From Thermodesulfobacteriota bacterium (lineage in GTDB: Bacteria; Desulfobacterota; RBG-13-43-22): a stretch of DNA of 64,000 nucleotides. The position numbers and the translations under genes were made by a program. Positions 37,948 through 47,387 of this stretch are shown here, piece by piece (within the stretch, counting starts at the first letter, position 1; each line of letters opens with the position of its first letter). The DNA is taken from the NCBI GenBank assembly GCA_049520575.1, contig JBEKPQ010000003.1:24632-88631 (forward strand), in the 5' to 3' direction. Below the pieces are notes generated by a model that was not told the origin of the DNA, did not search any database, and saw only the letters and a list, made by a program, of their open reading frames with translations.

Positions 37948-37983
37948 TTCTCCTTGACCCTGCCTTTTTCTTGTCCTATACTT
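37948..37983 (+). promoter_or_regulatory. Promoter C of the conserved family: TATTTCTCCTTGACCCTG (-35 at 37954-37959), 17 nt spacer, TATACT (37977-37982). Upstream of the FAD oxidoreductase.
   Basis: Consensus hexamers plus the shared extension. Confidence 0.6.
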
Positions 37984-38126
37984 TTTTTGATCCAAAAGCC
38001 TCTTTGGGGTGCGTCGGGCAAAGCCTGGAAAATCCAGTCGGTTGAAAAGCGAGCCTGAGTTAGCCGACCGTCGGAACCGAGTTTGTTCTAAATGCCGGTA
38101 ACTGCATAGATGAAGCGAAAAATTCA

Positions 38127-39614
38127 ATGCCTACACTTCAACAGGTCCAGGAAAAGGTTCTGATCATCGGCTCGGGTATCGGCGGCCTGAGCACGGGCAT
38201 CATTTTAGCCAAGCTCGGTTTTGATGTCACCGTCATCGAAAAGAATCGACAACCCGGCGGGATGATGCGCAGCTACGCCCGCCGGGGGGTGCAATGCAAC
38301 GTTGGTCTGCATTACCTAGGCGCCCTGGATCAGGGCCAGGTTCTGCGCCGCTGTTTCGATTTTTTGGAAATTTCGGATCGGCTTCCGCTGGTTCGGATGG
38401 GGATCGAGGCGCCGGTGGACCGTTATCTTTTCACCGACAACCATCTTGGCCTCGATCGTTTCGATGTGCCCACCGGTTTTGAGGCTTACCAGGCCGGTCT
38501 GAATGCCGCCTTTCCAACCCAAAAAGCGCAAGTGGCCGCTTTGATGACCCTGCTACGCCGCGGCGCCGACCAATTTGACCGACTGTCTTTTCTATACGCC
38601 GATCAGCCGACTGAATACTGGTTCGATCAAATCGAGCCGCTGGGGGCGATTTTCGACCGTATCGGCTGTTCCCCCGGGCTGAGGGCGGTCTTCGGCCTGC
38701 CGACGGTCTTGATCGGGGTGCCGCCCGCGGTGTGTCCTCAGGTCTATCACACCATGACCCTGGGCAGCTACCTTTTGTCTGCCTGGCGCTTGGAGGGGCA
38801 CGGCGCTACTATGGCCGACGTCTGCGCCCAGCGCCTGGCCTCCTTCGGAGGAGGATTGCGTACCGGAGAGGCGGTAGTCGGCATTCGAACGGCCGACGGC
38901 TGCGTGCGGGGTGTCACCCTGGATTCGGGTGAAACCCTTGACGCCGCCATCGTCATCAGCACCATCCACCCCAAGAGGATGATCGAGTTACTGAAGCCCG
39001 ACGCCGTTAAAGCCTCCTATCGTCGGCGGATCATGGGGTTAAAGGATACCGCCGGCATGATGGCGGTGCACGCCCTGGTGCCGGCTGACCGGCACCCCGT
39101 AATTTCACACAACCTGTTCGTGGTGCAGGCCGATTCCAACGGCGACGTCCGGGACCTGATCTTTCTGCAATTGCGCTCCAGCGGCGCACCGGGGCAGAAC
39201 CTGCTGACAATGATCACCTCCGGCCATGATGAACTATGGCTGGCCTGGCAGCAGACCCGCTCCGGCCAGCGCGGTCCGGATTATCTCAAAAAGAAGCAGG
39301 ATCTGGCTCATGAAATCATTAGAAAAACAGAAAAGATAATGGGTCCCTTCCATGGGCTGGAGATCCTCGACGTCTTTACACCTTTAACCATCCGGGATTG
39401 GGTCAACAGCCCCCAAGGATCGGCCTACGGTGTAATGCGATCAAACGACCAAATGCTTTCAGCCGCATTGTTGAATCGTACGTCATTGCGAGGCCTCTTT
39501 TTGGCCGGCCAGAGCGTATTGTCCCCAGGTATTTTGGGCACAATTTTAGGTTCTTTCTCAACCGTGAAATTTATCGTGGGTTCAGAGCGGTTCGAGCGAG
39601 AGGTTCGAATATAG
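38127..39614 (+). CDS. FAD/NAD(P)-binding oxidoreductase of the phytoene-desaturase (CrtI/CrtD-like) family.
   Basis: N-terminal dinucleotide-binding VLIIGSGIGGLSTGIILAKLGFDVTVIEK...PGG; ~495 aa, typical for CrtI-like enzymes. Confidence 0.75.
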   Translation: MPTLQQVQEKVLIIGSGIGGLSTGIILAKLGFDVTVIEKNRQPGGMMRSYARRGVQCNVGLHYLGALDQGQVLRRCFDFLEISDRLPLVRMGIEAPVDRYLFTDNHLGLDRFDVPTGFEAYQAGLNAAFPTQKAQVAALMTLLRRGADQFDRLSFLYADQPTEYWFDQIEPLGAIFDRIGCSPGLRAVFGLPTVLIGVPPAVCPQVYHTMTLGSYLLSAWRLEGHGATMADVCAQRLASFGGGLRTGEAVVGIRTADGCVRGVTLDSGETLDAAIVISTIHPKRMIELLKPDAVKASYRRRIMGLKDTAGMMAVHALVPADRHPVISHNLFVVQADSNGDVRDLIFLQLRSSGAPGQNLLTMITSGHDELWLAWQQTRSGQRGPDYLKKKQDLAHEIIRKTEKIMGPFHGLEILDVFTPLTIRDWVNSPQGSAYGVMRSNDQMLSAALLNRTSLRGLFLAGQSVLSPGILGTILGSFSTVKFIVGSERFEREVRI

Positions 39615-39783
39615 TCTCTTAGGTGAAGTCGTATCCAATGCCGTCAACTTTAGTCCTTTCCTATGGTTTTCGGTAAAAATCAGGAAACACCTTTTAAGTC
39701 GCCTTTCTAATGTCCAAATGTCCCAATCGGTTTGCCTTCCTAATCTGAGTATAGGCATCCTGACTATGTATTATTTAGTGCGA

Positions 39784-39935
39784 AAATAGAGTTCGAGATT
39801 AAAACATCTATCGTCCATATTTTCATGATCGGTGGTGTCACGCCCCTGGCGAGGCATGATGGTTTAAACGAAAATAGGGATCGAGATTAAACCTTCAACT
39901 AACCCTTTTTTCATGATTGGCGGGGCGTGACGGCG
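39784..39935. repeat. Two tandem ~60 nt units (GAAAATAGrGwTCGAGATTAAAmC...TTTCATGATyGGyGG...), with the inverted elements GTCACGCCCC and GGGGCGTGAC at the unit ends. Candidate structured leader/regulatory RNA upstream of the ACP-like, ACP and acyl-CoA synthetase genes.
   Basis: Direct and inverted repeats read from the sequence; no long ORF. Confidence 0.4.
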
Positions 39936-39949
39936 TATCATGAAAAAAA

Positions 39950-40165
39950 TTGATAAAACGAATTGAATTTAGTATAAGAAAAAATATCGATAACCCCTTG
40001 AATCCTATTTTCATAGTAATAAAAAATCCTCGGCTAAAAAACCGATGGATGAATGGGACGGCTCATCTTTTTATAGACCATGAGCTGGACAGCATTGATG
40101 CTTTGGATTGGTTCGCTGCGAATGATAGATTGGCCTTTTTCAGCAACCTGTTAAGGGAAAAATGA
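39950..40165 (+). CDS. Possible short ACP-like protein (71 aa), translationally coupled to the downstream ACP by an ATGA overlap. AT-rich.
   Basis: Contains LDSIDALD, resembling an ACP Ser-attachment motif. Its C-terminus overlaps a 23 nt sequence repeated at 4513-4535, which lowers confidence. Confidence 0.3.
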   Translation: MIKRIEFSIRKNIDNPLNPIFIVIKNPRLKNRWMNGTAHLFIDHELDSIDALDWFAANDRLAFFSNLLREK

Positions 40166-40440
40166 TGAATCAACTCCTGCAAGAACTAAAACGAAAAATC
40201 GTGGAAGAGCTCCAGCTCGAAGATGTGAATCCGGATGAACTGGCCGATGACACCCCCTTCTTTGATGGAGGTCTGGGTCTGGCTTCCGTGGATCTATTGG
40301 TCCTGGTGGTCCTGGTGGAAAGAGATTATGGGGTTGAGATCTTCAGTAAGGAGTTAGGCGAGAAGGTCTTTATAACCATTTCCTCTCTGGCTGAATATAT
40401 TAAAGACAACCGGAAAAAAAGGGAGAAGGGCCAGATTTGA
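40162..40440 (+). CDS. Acyl carrier protein (ApeE/F-like).
   Basis: 92 aa; GLGLASVDLL phosphopantetheine site. Confidence 0.7.
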   Translation: MMNQLLQELKRKIVEELQLEDVNPDELADDTPFFDGGLGLASVDLLVLVVLVERDYGVEIFSKELGEKVFITISSLAEYIKDNRKKREKGQI

Positions 40441-40481
40441 TTAGAGGTTAACTTACGATCAGGCTGAATATAGGAATATCA

Positions 40482-42119
40482 ATGAAAGAAAAGCCATGGC
40501 TTAAACATTATGAAAGCCAAGTCCCCCATTCCATTGCTTATCCGGAGAGTTCCATCCAACGATTCCTTCTGGACACGGTGACCAACCACCCGGATTATAC
40601 GGCCATCTCCTTCAACGAGATCGACATAACTTACAAGGACCTGAATGAGAGGGTGAACCGGTTGGCCCAGGCCCTCCAGAAACGCGGGGTGGAAAAAGGA
40701 GACCGGATCGCCTTTCTTTTGGTGAACTCCCCGACTTATGTGATTGCCTTTTTTGCGGTCCTAAAGCTTGGGGCTATTGTGGTCAATATGAGTGTGGGAA
40801 TTCAGGGAGAAGAACTGACCCGCTGTTTGAACGACTCCGGGGCCAAGATAGTCGTCACCCTGGATCTGTTCGCCCAGAATCTCTACCAGGTGATTGGCAA
40901 AACCGGGGTGAAAACCGTCATCCTTCACTCCATATTCGGGCTGGAAAAGAAAATTTCCCTGAAAGAAGGGGCCCCTCACCCTCAGATATTCCAAAAGGTT
41001 TTATCCTCAGTCCAAACGGCAGAAGAGCCGGCGATTCGGGTTGCTTCCCAAGATGTGGCGGTGCTTCAGTATTCCAGCGGTTCCACCGGAGCACCAAAGG
41101 CGGCAACCTTGACCCACTTCAATATCGTTGCCAGTGTACTCCAGTCCGACGCCTGGATGGGAGTGGAGGAAGCCGGAAATGCAGCGGTCTTATGTGTGAT
41201 TCCTTTTTTCCACGTTTTCGGGATGTCGGCTTGTCTCCTCGTTTCCGTATTTAAAGGATATCGGATGGTCCTCCTCCCTCGAATTGACCCGATGGACATC
41301 CTCTCCTTGATGAAGATCAATGAGCATTACCAGCCCATTTCCTTCCCGGTCGTACCCAGCTTATGGGCGGCCATCCTGTCCCTACCTTCGGAGGTTGTCG
41401 GGCCCCAGCTTTCTTCCGTTCAGGTGGCTACCAGCGGAGGGGCAGCCCTCCCTGCCTGGGTTCATGACCGTTATGAAGAACTCACCGGCAGAAAAATCAT
41501 CGAGGCCTATGGGCTCTCGGAGGCCTCCGGAGCCACCCACTTCACGCCTTCACCCAGTGGCGGACCCCGAGACTCCATTGGGTTACCCTCGCCGGACACG
41601 GAGGTCAGGATCATGGACATAGAAACAGGCCAGAGAGAATGCGCAGTGAGTGAGATCGGCGAACTTGTAGTGAAAGGGCCACAGATTATGCAGGGCTACT
41701 GGAATAACCAGGACCTCACCTCAACAGCTCTGCGTAACGGATGGCTTTACACCAAGGACTTGGCTCGAATGGATGAACAGGGGTTTTTCTACCTGGTGGA
41801 CCGAAAAGATGACTTGATCATCTCCAGCGGATTCAACATCTACCCCAGTCAGATCGAAGCCGTCCTTGAAAAGCACCCCAAAATCGAGGAGGCTGCCGTA
41901 ATCGGAGTCCCTGACCGGATCAAAGGGCAGGCAATCACGGCAGTGATCGCTTTAAAAGAAGGCTTAGAAGGGGATAAAGAAGAATTTCTAAAGTACTGCA
42001 AAGAAAATATGCCTGATTATCGGGTGCCCAAAACTTTCCTCATCCGACAGGAAATTCCCAGGGATCCGGCAGGAAAGATCTTGAAGAGGATCTTAAGGCA
42101 AGAGATTAAGGCCGTTTAA
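40482..42119 (+). CDS. AMP-dependent acyl-CoA/acyl-ACP synthetase.
   Basis: AMP-binding motifs YSSGSTGAPK and GYGLSE; 545 aa. Confidence 0.85.
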   Translation: MKEKPWLKHYESQVPHSIAYPESSIQRFLLDTVTNHPDYTAISFNEIDITYKDLNERVNRLAQALQKRGVEKGDRIAFLLVNSPTYVIAFFAVLKLGAIVVNMSVGIQGEELTRCLNDSGAKIVVTLDLFAQNLYQVIGKTGVKTVILHSIFGLEKKISLKEGAPHPQIFQKVLSSVQTAEEPAIRVASQDVAVLQYSSGSTGAPKAATLTHFNIVASVLQSDAWMGVEEAGNAAVLCVIPFFHVFGMSACLLVSVFKGYRMVLLPRIDPMDILSLMKINEHYQPISFPVVPSLWAAILSLPSEVVGPQLSSVQVATSGGAALPAWVHDRYEELTGRKIIEAYGLSEASGATHFTPSPSGGPRDSIGLPSPDTEVRIMDIETGQRECAVSEIGELVVKGPQIMQGYWNNQDLTSTALRNGWLYTKDLARMDEQGFFYLVDRKDDLIISSGFNIYPSQIEAVLEKHPKIEEAAVIGVPDRIKGQAITAVIALKEGLEGDKEEFLKYCKENMPDYRVPKTFLIRQEIPRDPAGKILKRILRQEIKAV

Positions 42120-42125
42120 GAGAGA

Positions 42126-43049
42126 ATGATAAAGACCTTACTTTTCAAAACGGTCACCAAAGTTGCCTTACTTCTGGGTTCATGGCCCCTTCGATTTTTC
42201 GCCTGGTGGATATCCACCGGATACTTTTTCTTTCGTCCCTCCAGGAGGAAACTCAGTATCCAGCTCTATCAAGCCATCTTTCCCGAGCGTAAGGGCTGGT
42301 ATCATCTTTACTGTGCCTGGCGCCAGTTTCATTCCTTTGCGGCCACTTACGGAGACCGGATGGATTTTGAAAGCAGGAAAGAGGTCTTCACCTCTACGCA
42401 AGGGAGAGAAGGAATATTAGAGGCGAATAAAAGGGGTACCGGGGGGATTATCCTCATGTCCCATCTGGGCAGTTATGAGGTGGCAGCCAGCGGTTTTCAG
42501 AAATATGGCCTTAAGCTCCTGTTGATCATGGGCGAAAAGGAGGCCAGGCTGGTAGCCCGTGATCAGCGCCAGGCCCTGAAAGACCGGGGAATCTCCATTC
42601 AGGTGGCTACGGGACAAGGAGATTCTCTCATGGGAGGGCTGGAGGCGATCAAGTTTATCAGGGAAGGGGGATTCGTTTCTCTGGCCGGCGATCTGATCTG
42701 GACCGAACAGCGCTCATTTTTAACGGTAAAATTCTTTGGCCGGGAGGTGGTCCTGGCCTCGGGCCCCTATCTGCTGGCCCTGGTCTCCGGGGCGCCTCTC
42801 TTTATTTTGTTTACCTTTCGAGTTAAAAGAGGAAGACATCAGGTCATTGTCCTTCCTCCCAGACAGGTAACGGCCTCTATCCGTTCTGAAAGAGACAAGG
42901 TCCTTCAGGAGAGCGCCCAGGCCTATGCCGAGGCTTTGGAGGAGATGGTGCGCCGACATCCTTTTCAGTGGTACATCTTTGAGCCCTTCTTTCAACCTCT
43001 TCCGGCTAAATTAGGAAATTCGTCGATCGGGCTTAAAGGTCAAATTTAA
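42126..43049 (+). CDS. Lipid A biosynthesis acyltransferase family protein (LpxL/HtrB-like).
   Basis: 307 aa with an N-terminal TM segment. Conserved block GGIILMSHLGSYE is typical of PF03279-type acyltransferases. Confidence 0.65.
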   Translation: MIKTLLFKTVTKVALLLGSWPLRFFAWWISTGYFFFRPSRRKLSIQLYQAIFPERKGWYHLYCAWRQFHSFAATYGDRMDFESRKEVFTSTQGREGILEANKRGTGGIILMSHLGSYEVAASGFQKYGLKLLLIMGEKEARLVARDQRQALKDRGISIQVATGQGDSLMGGLEAIKFIREGGFVSLAGDLIWTEQRSFLTVKFFGREVVLASGPYLLALVSGAPLFILFTFRVKRGRHQVIVLPPRQVTASIRSERDKVLQESAQAYAEALEEMVRRHPFQWYIFEPFFQPLPAKLGNSSIGLKGQI

Positions 43050-43055
43050 AATAAG

Positions 43056-44810
43056 ATGGGAGACAACGAACCCAATATGGATGATAAACTTATGATGAAC
43101 GCCCTGGCCGCTGGATATGCCAGGATTGTAGTCTGGGCCGATATTCTTGATCAGATCAATGTCTACCCGGTGCCGGACGGTGATACGGGCCGGAATCTTG
43201 TCATTACTCTGAGTGCCTTGAATAATAATTCATGGACACCGGAGGCATTAATCCGTGAAGTCCTGCTCTCGGCCAGGGGGAATTCGGGAAACATCGCCTC
43301 CCGGTTCCTCTCCGGGTTTCTCCAGTGCCATACCCTTGCAACCTTGGCCGCATCAGCCGAAACGGGCCGTGATTCGGCTTACCGGGCCGTTGCCAATCCT
43401 AAACCGGGAACCATGCTTTCTCTCTTTGATGACCTGGTGACCTCTCTGAAGAAAAACTCTCCTGAAGATTCAGGTAGGTGGGTGCAAGCGGTCATCCAGG
43501 ATTTGGAAGAGGCGGTAAAACTAACCACCGAACAATTGCCCGAACTCAAGGAAGCCGGAGTGGTCGATGCAGGGGCCCTGGGTATGCTGGTCTTCCTCGA
43601 TCCCTTGTTGAACACCCTGGCCGGTCAAGTGGTGGAGCAGTCCCTGTTCATCGACGAACTCAAGGAAGTCCTCCAGCTTTCTTCCTCCTGGCAGGACCGG
43701 ACTTATCAGGGCTACTGCCTCGATGTGGTGCTCAAGGTGGAAGGGGATGAGCAAGAGGCGATGAAACAGATGTCGAATATGGGTGAATCGTTGGTGGCCA
43801 TGCCCGGGGGAGATTGGCTCAAGGTACATCTCCACGCCCCGGACCGGGAAAGGGTCCGGCAGGAACTGGCGGCCCTGGGATCCATCATCAGTTGGTCCGA
43901 AGATGATCTGTCCGAGCAGACCCTGCGGTTCAATGAGCCCAGAAAAAATCAGTGCATCCATATCATGACCGACGGCGCAGGTTCCATCACCCGGGACCTG
44001 GCTCAAGGGCTGGGCATCACCCTGCTGAACAGCTACATCACCGTGGGTCAGGTCTGCCTTCCTGAAACTTATGTGGACGCCGCCCGTCTCTTTGAGGCCA
44101 TGAGGAACGGGGCCAAAGTTTCCACAAGCCAGGCTTCCGATGCCGAACGCCTGGAGTGTTATCATAAGATCATGAAGACCTTCGATCGGGTTCTTTACCT
44201 CTGCGTAGGCTCTTTCTACACCGGGAATTACCAGGCGGTTATGAAATGGAAGGCCGACCATGACCCTGAAAACCGGATGATCGTCATAGATACCGGCGTG
44301 GCCTCCGGGAAACTCGGGTTGGCGGCCAAGGCTTCGGCCGAACTGGCCCTTCAGGTCGGCAACCCTGCGGAGGTCGTGGCCTTTGCCGAGGACGCCGTTC
44401 AAAAGGTTCAAGAATATATTTTTCTGGACAAACTGCAATTCCTGGCCGCCGGCGGCCGCATGTCCAAGACCGGGGCCTTTTTTGGGGATGTCCTTCACAT
44501 TAAACCCATCGTTAGCCCTTTCCCGGATGGGGCGCGAAAGATGGGGATTGTGAGAAGCACTCAGGAACAGGTGAAATTCGCCTTCCGTTGCCTGGAGCAA
44601 GAGCTCTCCAAAGATCGGAAATTCACACTGCTTCTCGAATACTCGGATAACCGGTACTGGCTGGAAAAAGAGATCAAACCGGAGATAGAGCGCAGATTCC
44701 CTTCGGTGAAAGTCTTTTTACAACTCCTCTCCCTCACCTCCGCCGCCCACATGGGGCCGGGTTCTTGGGGTATGGCCTTTCTTCCTGACACACTAAAAGA
44801 AGTGGAATAG
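43056..44810 (+). CDS. DAK2-domain/DegV-domain fusion protein of the fatty acid kinase FakA/YloV type.
   Basis: N-terminal INVYPVPDGDTGRNL matches the Dak2/FakA signature (LNVYPVPDGDTGTNM). 584 aa with a DegV-like C-terminal half. Confidence 0.7.
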   Translation: MGDNEPNMDDKLMMNALAAGYARIVVWADILDQINVYPVPDGDTGRNLVITLSALNNNSWTPEALIREVLLSARGNSGNIASRFLSGFLQCHTLATLAASAETGRDSAYRAVANPKPGTMLSLFDDLVTSLKKNSPEDSGRWVQAVIQDLEEAVKLTTEQLPELKEAGVVDAGALGMLVFLDPLLNTLAGQVVEQSLFIDELKEVLQLSSSWQDRTYQGYCLDVVLKVEGDEQEAMKQMSNMGESLVAMPGGDWLKVHLHAPDRERVRQELAALGSIISWSEDDLSEQTLRFNEPRKNQCIHIMTDGAGSITRDLAQGLGITLLNSYITVGQVCLPETYVDAARLFEAMRNGAKVSTSQASDAERLECYHKIMKTFDRVLYLCVGSFYTGNYQAVMKWKADHDPENRMIVIDTGVASGKLGLAAKASAELALQVGNPAEVVAFAEDAVQKVQEYIFLDKLQFLAAGGRMSKTGAFFGDVLHIKPIVSPFPDGARKMGIVRSTQEQVKFAFRCLEQELSKDRKFTLLLEYSDNRYWLEKEIKPEIERRFPSVKVFLQLLSLTSAAHMGPGSWGMAFLPDTLKEVE

Positions 44811-44877
44811 CATGATTGAGACCATCATTCTTGACCTGAAGGGCCTTTAATCTTCCTTCATCATCCTTGAGAAATCT

Positions 44878-45576
44878 TCAAAAATTTTCACAGGTGATTA
44901 GTGCAATCACCTGCCCGCCCCCTTCGCCATGACTTACCGGGTAGGTCATGGCCTTATATCTCAATATACTGGTTTCTTTTTCCACTTTTATTACCTCGAC
45001 ATCTCGAATAGCCCGAAGAAGATGCAACCTTAAAGCCTTGGCCGCCGCCTCTTTGGCCGTCCAGACCCGCATTGCGCTTTGCTTAAAATCAAGACCGGCC
45101 TTTGAAATCAGTTGTTCTTCTCTCGAGGATATAAAAAGATGTTGAATCTTAAGGATCTTTTCTGAAACTGCCTCGATATCCACCCCAATCGGATACCAGT
45201 GGGCAACAGCGACAACGAACCTGGAACTGTGGGAGGCCGAGCAATACAGTCCGCTTTCAGCCAGGCAGGGACTTAAGCCATCAGGACCAAGGGTTTCAAT
45301 GGTCCGGTCCGGTCTGTTTCCTTCAATAAGATTAAGTTGGCGGGATAAATTCTTTAATGCAATCCTGGCGGCAAAGAAACTCCTCCTTCTTCCTGGCCCT
45401 AACCTTAAGGCCTTTTCTAATTCACGCCGGGTAAGCAGTTGGTCTTCAATGGGGGAAAGGGATTCTATATCGAGGATCACCATTCCAAGACAGGCCGATC
45501 GGAGCCGCTCGATCCCCAACCAGGAGACGGAAGTCTTATTCAGTATGGGATGGGAATTTAAAACGGTTACGGACAA
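44878..45576 (-). CDS. 4'-phosphopantetheinyl transferase, Sfp-type.
   Basis: C-terminal WTAKEAAAKAL motif and upstream GIDIE-type block; 232 aa. Confidence 0.7.
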   Translation of the reverse strand: MSVTVLNSHPILNKTSVSWLGIERLRSACLGMVILDIESLSPIEDQLLTRRELEKALRLGPGRRRSFFAARIALKNLSRQLNLIEGNRPDRTIETLGPDGLSPCLAESGLYCSASHSSRFVVAVAHWYPIGVDIEAVSEKILKIQHLFISSREEQLISKAGLDFKQSAMRVWTAKEAAAKALRLHLLRAIRDVEVIKVEKETSILRYKAMTYPVSHGEGGGQVIALITCENF

Positions 45577-45809
45577 AGGTCTTCGGCTTTCTTAAAGAAA
45601 ATTATCAAAATAATATAGAAGAAGAAGTTCCTAGTCAATCCTAACATGATCCTTGACATTAAGGCGGCCTTCAATTACAAACTAAAGGGTCAGCTCTAAC
45701 AATGTTGTAGATGACCCAAGGTCACTTGAGCCCTTGAACCCTCAACCCCTTTCGACCAACTAAATGGGAGAAGGACCAAACTAAAAACCATTCCTGATTG
45801 GGTGAGAAA

Positions 45810-46244
45810 ATGCTTCCATCGATTTCGACCAGTGTCCACTTAAAAGTGCCCTATTATGATGTCGATACCATGCAGATCGTCTGGAATGGAAACTACTTTA
45901 AATATTTCGAAAGGGCACGGCAGGCCTTTTTTAGGGAACGCGGAGTTGATTTGTTGGACTATGCGAAAAAAACAGATTACGTTTTCCCGGTCATCCGCTC
46001 CATGATCAAACATATTCAGCCGTTGAGGATGGACGATGAATTCGTCTGCACCGCTATTCTTAAGGAAGCGAGAATTAGGATCGTTTTAAAATTTGAAATA
46101 AAGCTGCAGTCCAATGGATTGGTTTGTGCCAAGGGTCAAAGTGAACAAATAGCCCTCTTTTTACCGAAAAAGGAAATAGCTTTTTTAATTCCCGAAGAAA
46201 TCCGGAAGGCTTTGTTGGGCGGCGATGTTTCAATCCTCAAATGA
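45810..46244 (+). CDS. 4HBT-fold thioesterase, second copy in the island.
   Basis: VPYYDVDTMQIVWNGNYFKYFERARQAFF matches the YbgC/FadM-type consensus. Confidence 0.7.
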   Translation: MLPSISTSVHLKVPYYDVDTMQIVWNGNYFKYFERARQAFFRERGVDLLDYAKKTDYVFPVIRSMIKHIQPLRMDDEFVCTAILKEARIRIVLKFEIKLQSNGLVCAKGQSEQIALFLPKKEIAFLIPEEIRKALLGGDVSILK

Positions 46245-46388
46245 GCAATAATTTCGCCTTCGGCGGGGTCAACACTTCATTAGTCCTCAGTTTGGTCTGA
46301 GACATATCAAGCTTCTGTCCAAATCCTTCACACCTTTGCTCTTTCATTGTTGATGGACGCGAAAAAAGTCGCCGAAATCCGAATTAAG

Positions 46389-46425
46389 TCATTCCGGTCC
46401 CGCACTTGATGCGGGACCGGAATGA
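46389..46425. promoter_or_regulatory. Perfect 16 bp inverted repeat TCATTCCGGTCCCGCA-CTTGA-TGCGGGACCGGAATGA between convergent genes. It is a likely bidirectional terminator, or a regulator site. Its core TCCCGCACYTGATGCGGGACC also occurs at 21937-21957.
   Basis: Read from the sequence; a T-tract follows on the plus strand. Confidence 0.5.
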
Positions 46426-46473
46426 CAGACATAGTGACTTTTTCCGAGTTCGTCATTTAAGTTATAAATTTAA

Positions 46474-47283
46474 TCAACCGGTAGGCTCCAGGCCTTTGCC
46501 CTGCAGGACCCCGCCGTCGATCACAATTTCAGCCCCGGTAGTATAGCTGGAAGCATCGGAAGCCAAGTAAATCGCCGCACCGACTATATCGTCGGGTTGG
46601 CCGATCCGTCCCATGGGGGTCATGTTGGCCATGGCTTCCTGTCCCTTTTTAGCCTCTTCTGGAGGGAGGTGGAACCAATGGGAATTCAACATCTTGGTGC
46701 TTATCGGTCCTGGTGCGATGGCATTCACCTGAATATTAAAAGGGGCCAATTCTAAGGCGAAGGCCTTGGTTATCATTCGGACACCGGCCTTGGAAATACT
46801 ATAAACACTAACATTGCGTTCCGGGCTGAAGCCGTCAATGGAAGCGAAGTTGATAATTTTCCCACCTCCTTGCTTTTTCATCACTTTGGCAACAGCCTGG
46901 CTGGTGAAATAGAGCCCCTTCATGTTCAGGTTCATAATGGTGTCCCAGAGGCGTTCATCGGTTTCCAAAACGCTGCCCATGGCCGGGCTGGCCCCGGCAT
47001 TATTGACCAGGATATCAATTTTCCCAAACTTACCCATCACGGCATCGACCATTTTATTGATTTCTTCCATCTTGCCCAGATGGGCCTGGATAGGGAAGGC
47101 CTCTCCGCCAAAGGCCTTAATTTCTGCAGCGGTTGCTTCCAAATCGTTAATTTTGCGGCTGGTGATTACCACCCTGGCCCCGGCCTTGGCAAACCCCAGG
47201 GCAATTGCTTTGCCGATACCGCGACTGCCGCCGGTCACAATTGCGGTTTTACCCCTTAATGAAAACTTGGATAGATCAAACAT
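46474..47283 (-). CDS. Short-chain dehydrogenase/reductase (FabG-like).
   Basis: TGGSRGIGKAIA, NNAG, and YSISKAG catalytic triad region. Confidence 0.85.
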   Translation of the reverse strand: MFDLSKFSLRGKTAIVTGGSRGIGKAIALGFAKAGARVVITSRKINDLEATAAEIKAFGGEAFPIQAHLGKMEEINKMVDAVMGKFGKIDILVNNAGASPAMGSVLETDERLWDTIMNLNMKGLYFTSQAVAKVMKKQGGGKIINFASIDGFSPERNVSVYSISKAGVRMITKAFALELAPFNIQVNAIAPGPISTKMLNSHWFHLPPEEAKKGQEAMANMTPMGRIGQPDDIVGAAIYLASDASSYTTGAEIVIDGGVLQGKGLEPTG

Positions 47284-47387
47284 GATTAAACCTCCATAAA
47301 TTTATTAAACTCATTTGACAATATTAATTCCTGAAAGAAAATTATCAAGCAGAAAGTTTGAAATACTACAATAAATCAGTCCCGTTA

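Noticed and set aside
39784-39935. Possible CRISPR array
   Set aside because: Only two repeat units with about 60 nt periodicity, mutually divergent, with no regular repeat-spacer pattern and no cas genes in the window.
43521-44600. 359 aa ORF on the minus strand
   Set aside because: Antisense to the FakA-like gene, whose plus-strand product matches the DAK2 signature. Low-complexity Gly/Pro/Arg-rich translation typical of a GC-rich antisense frame.
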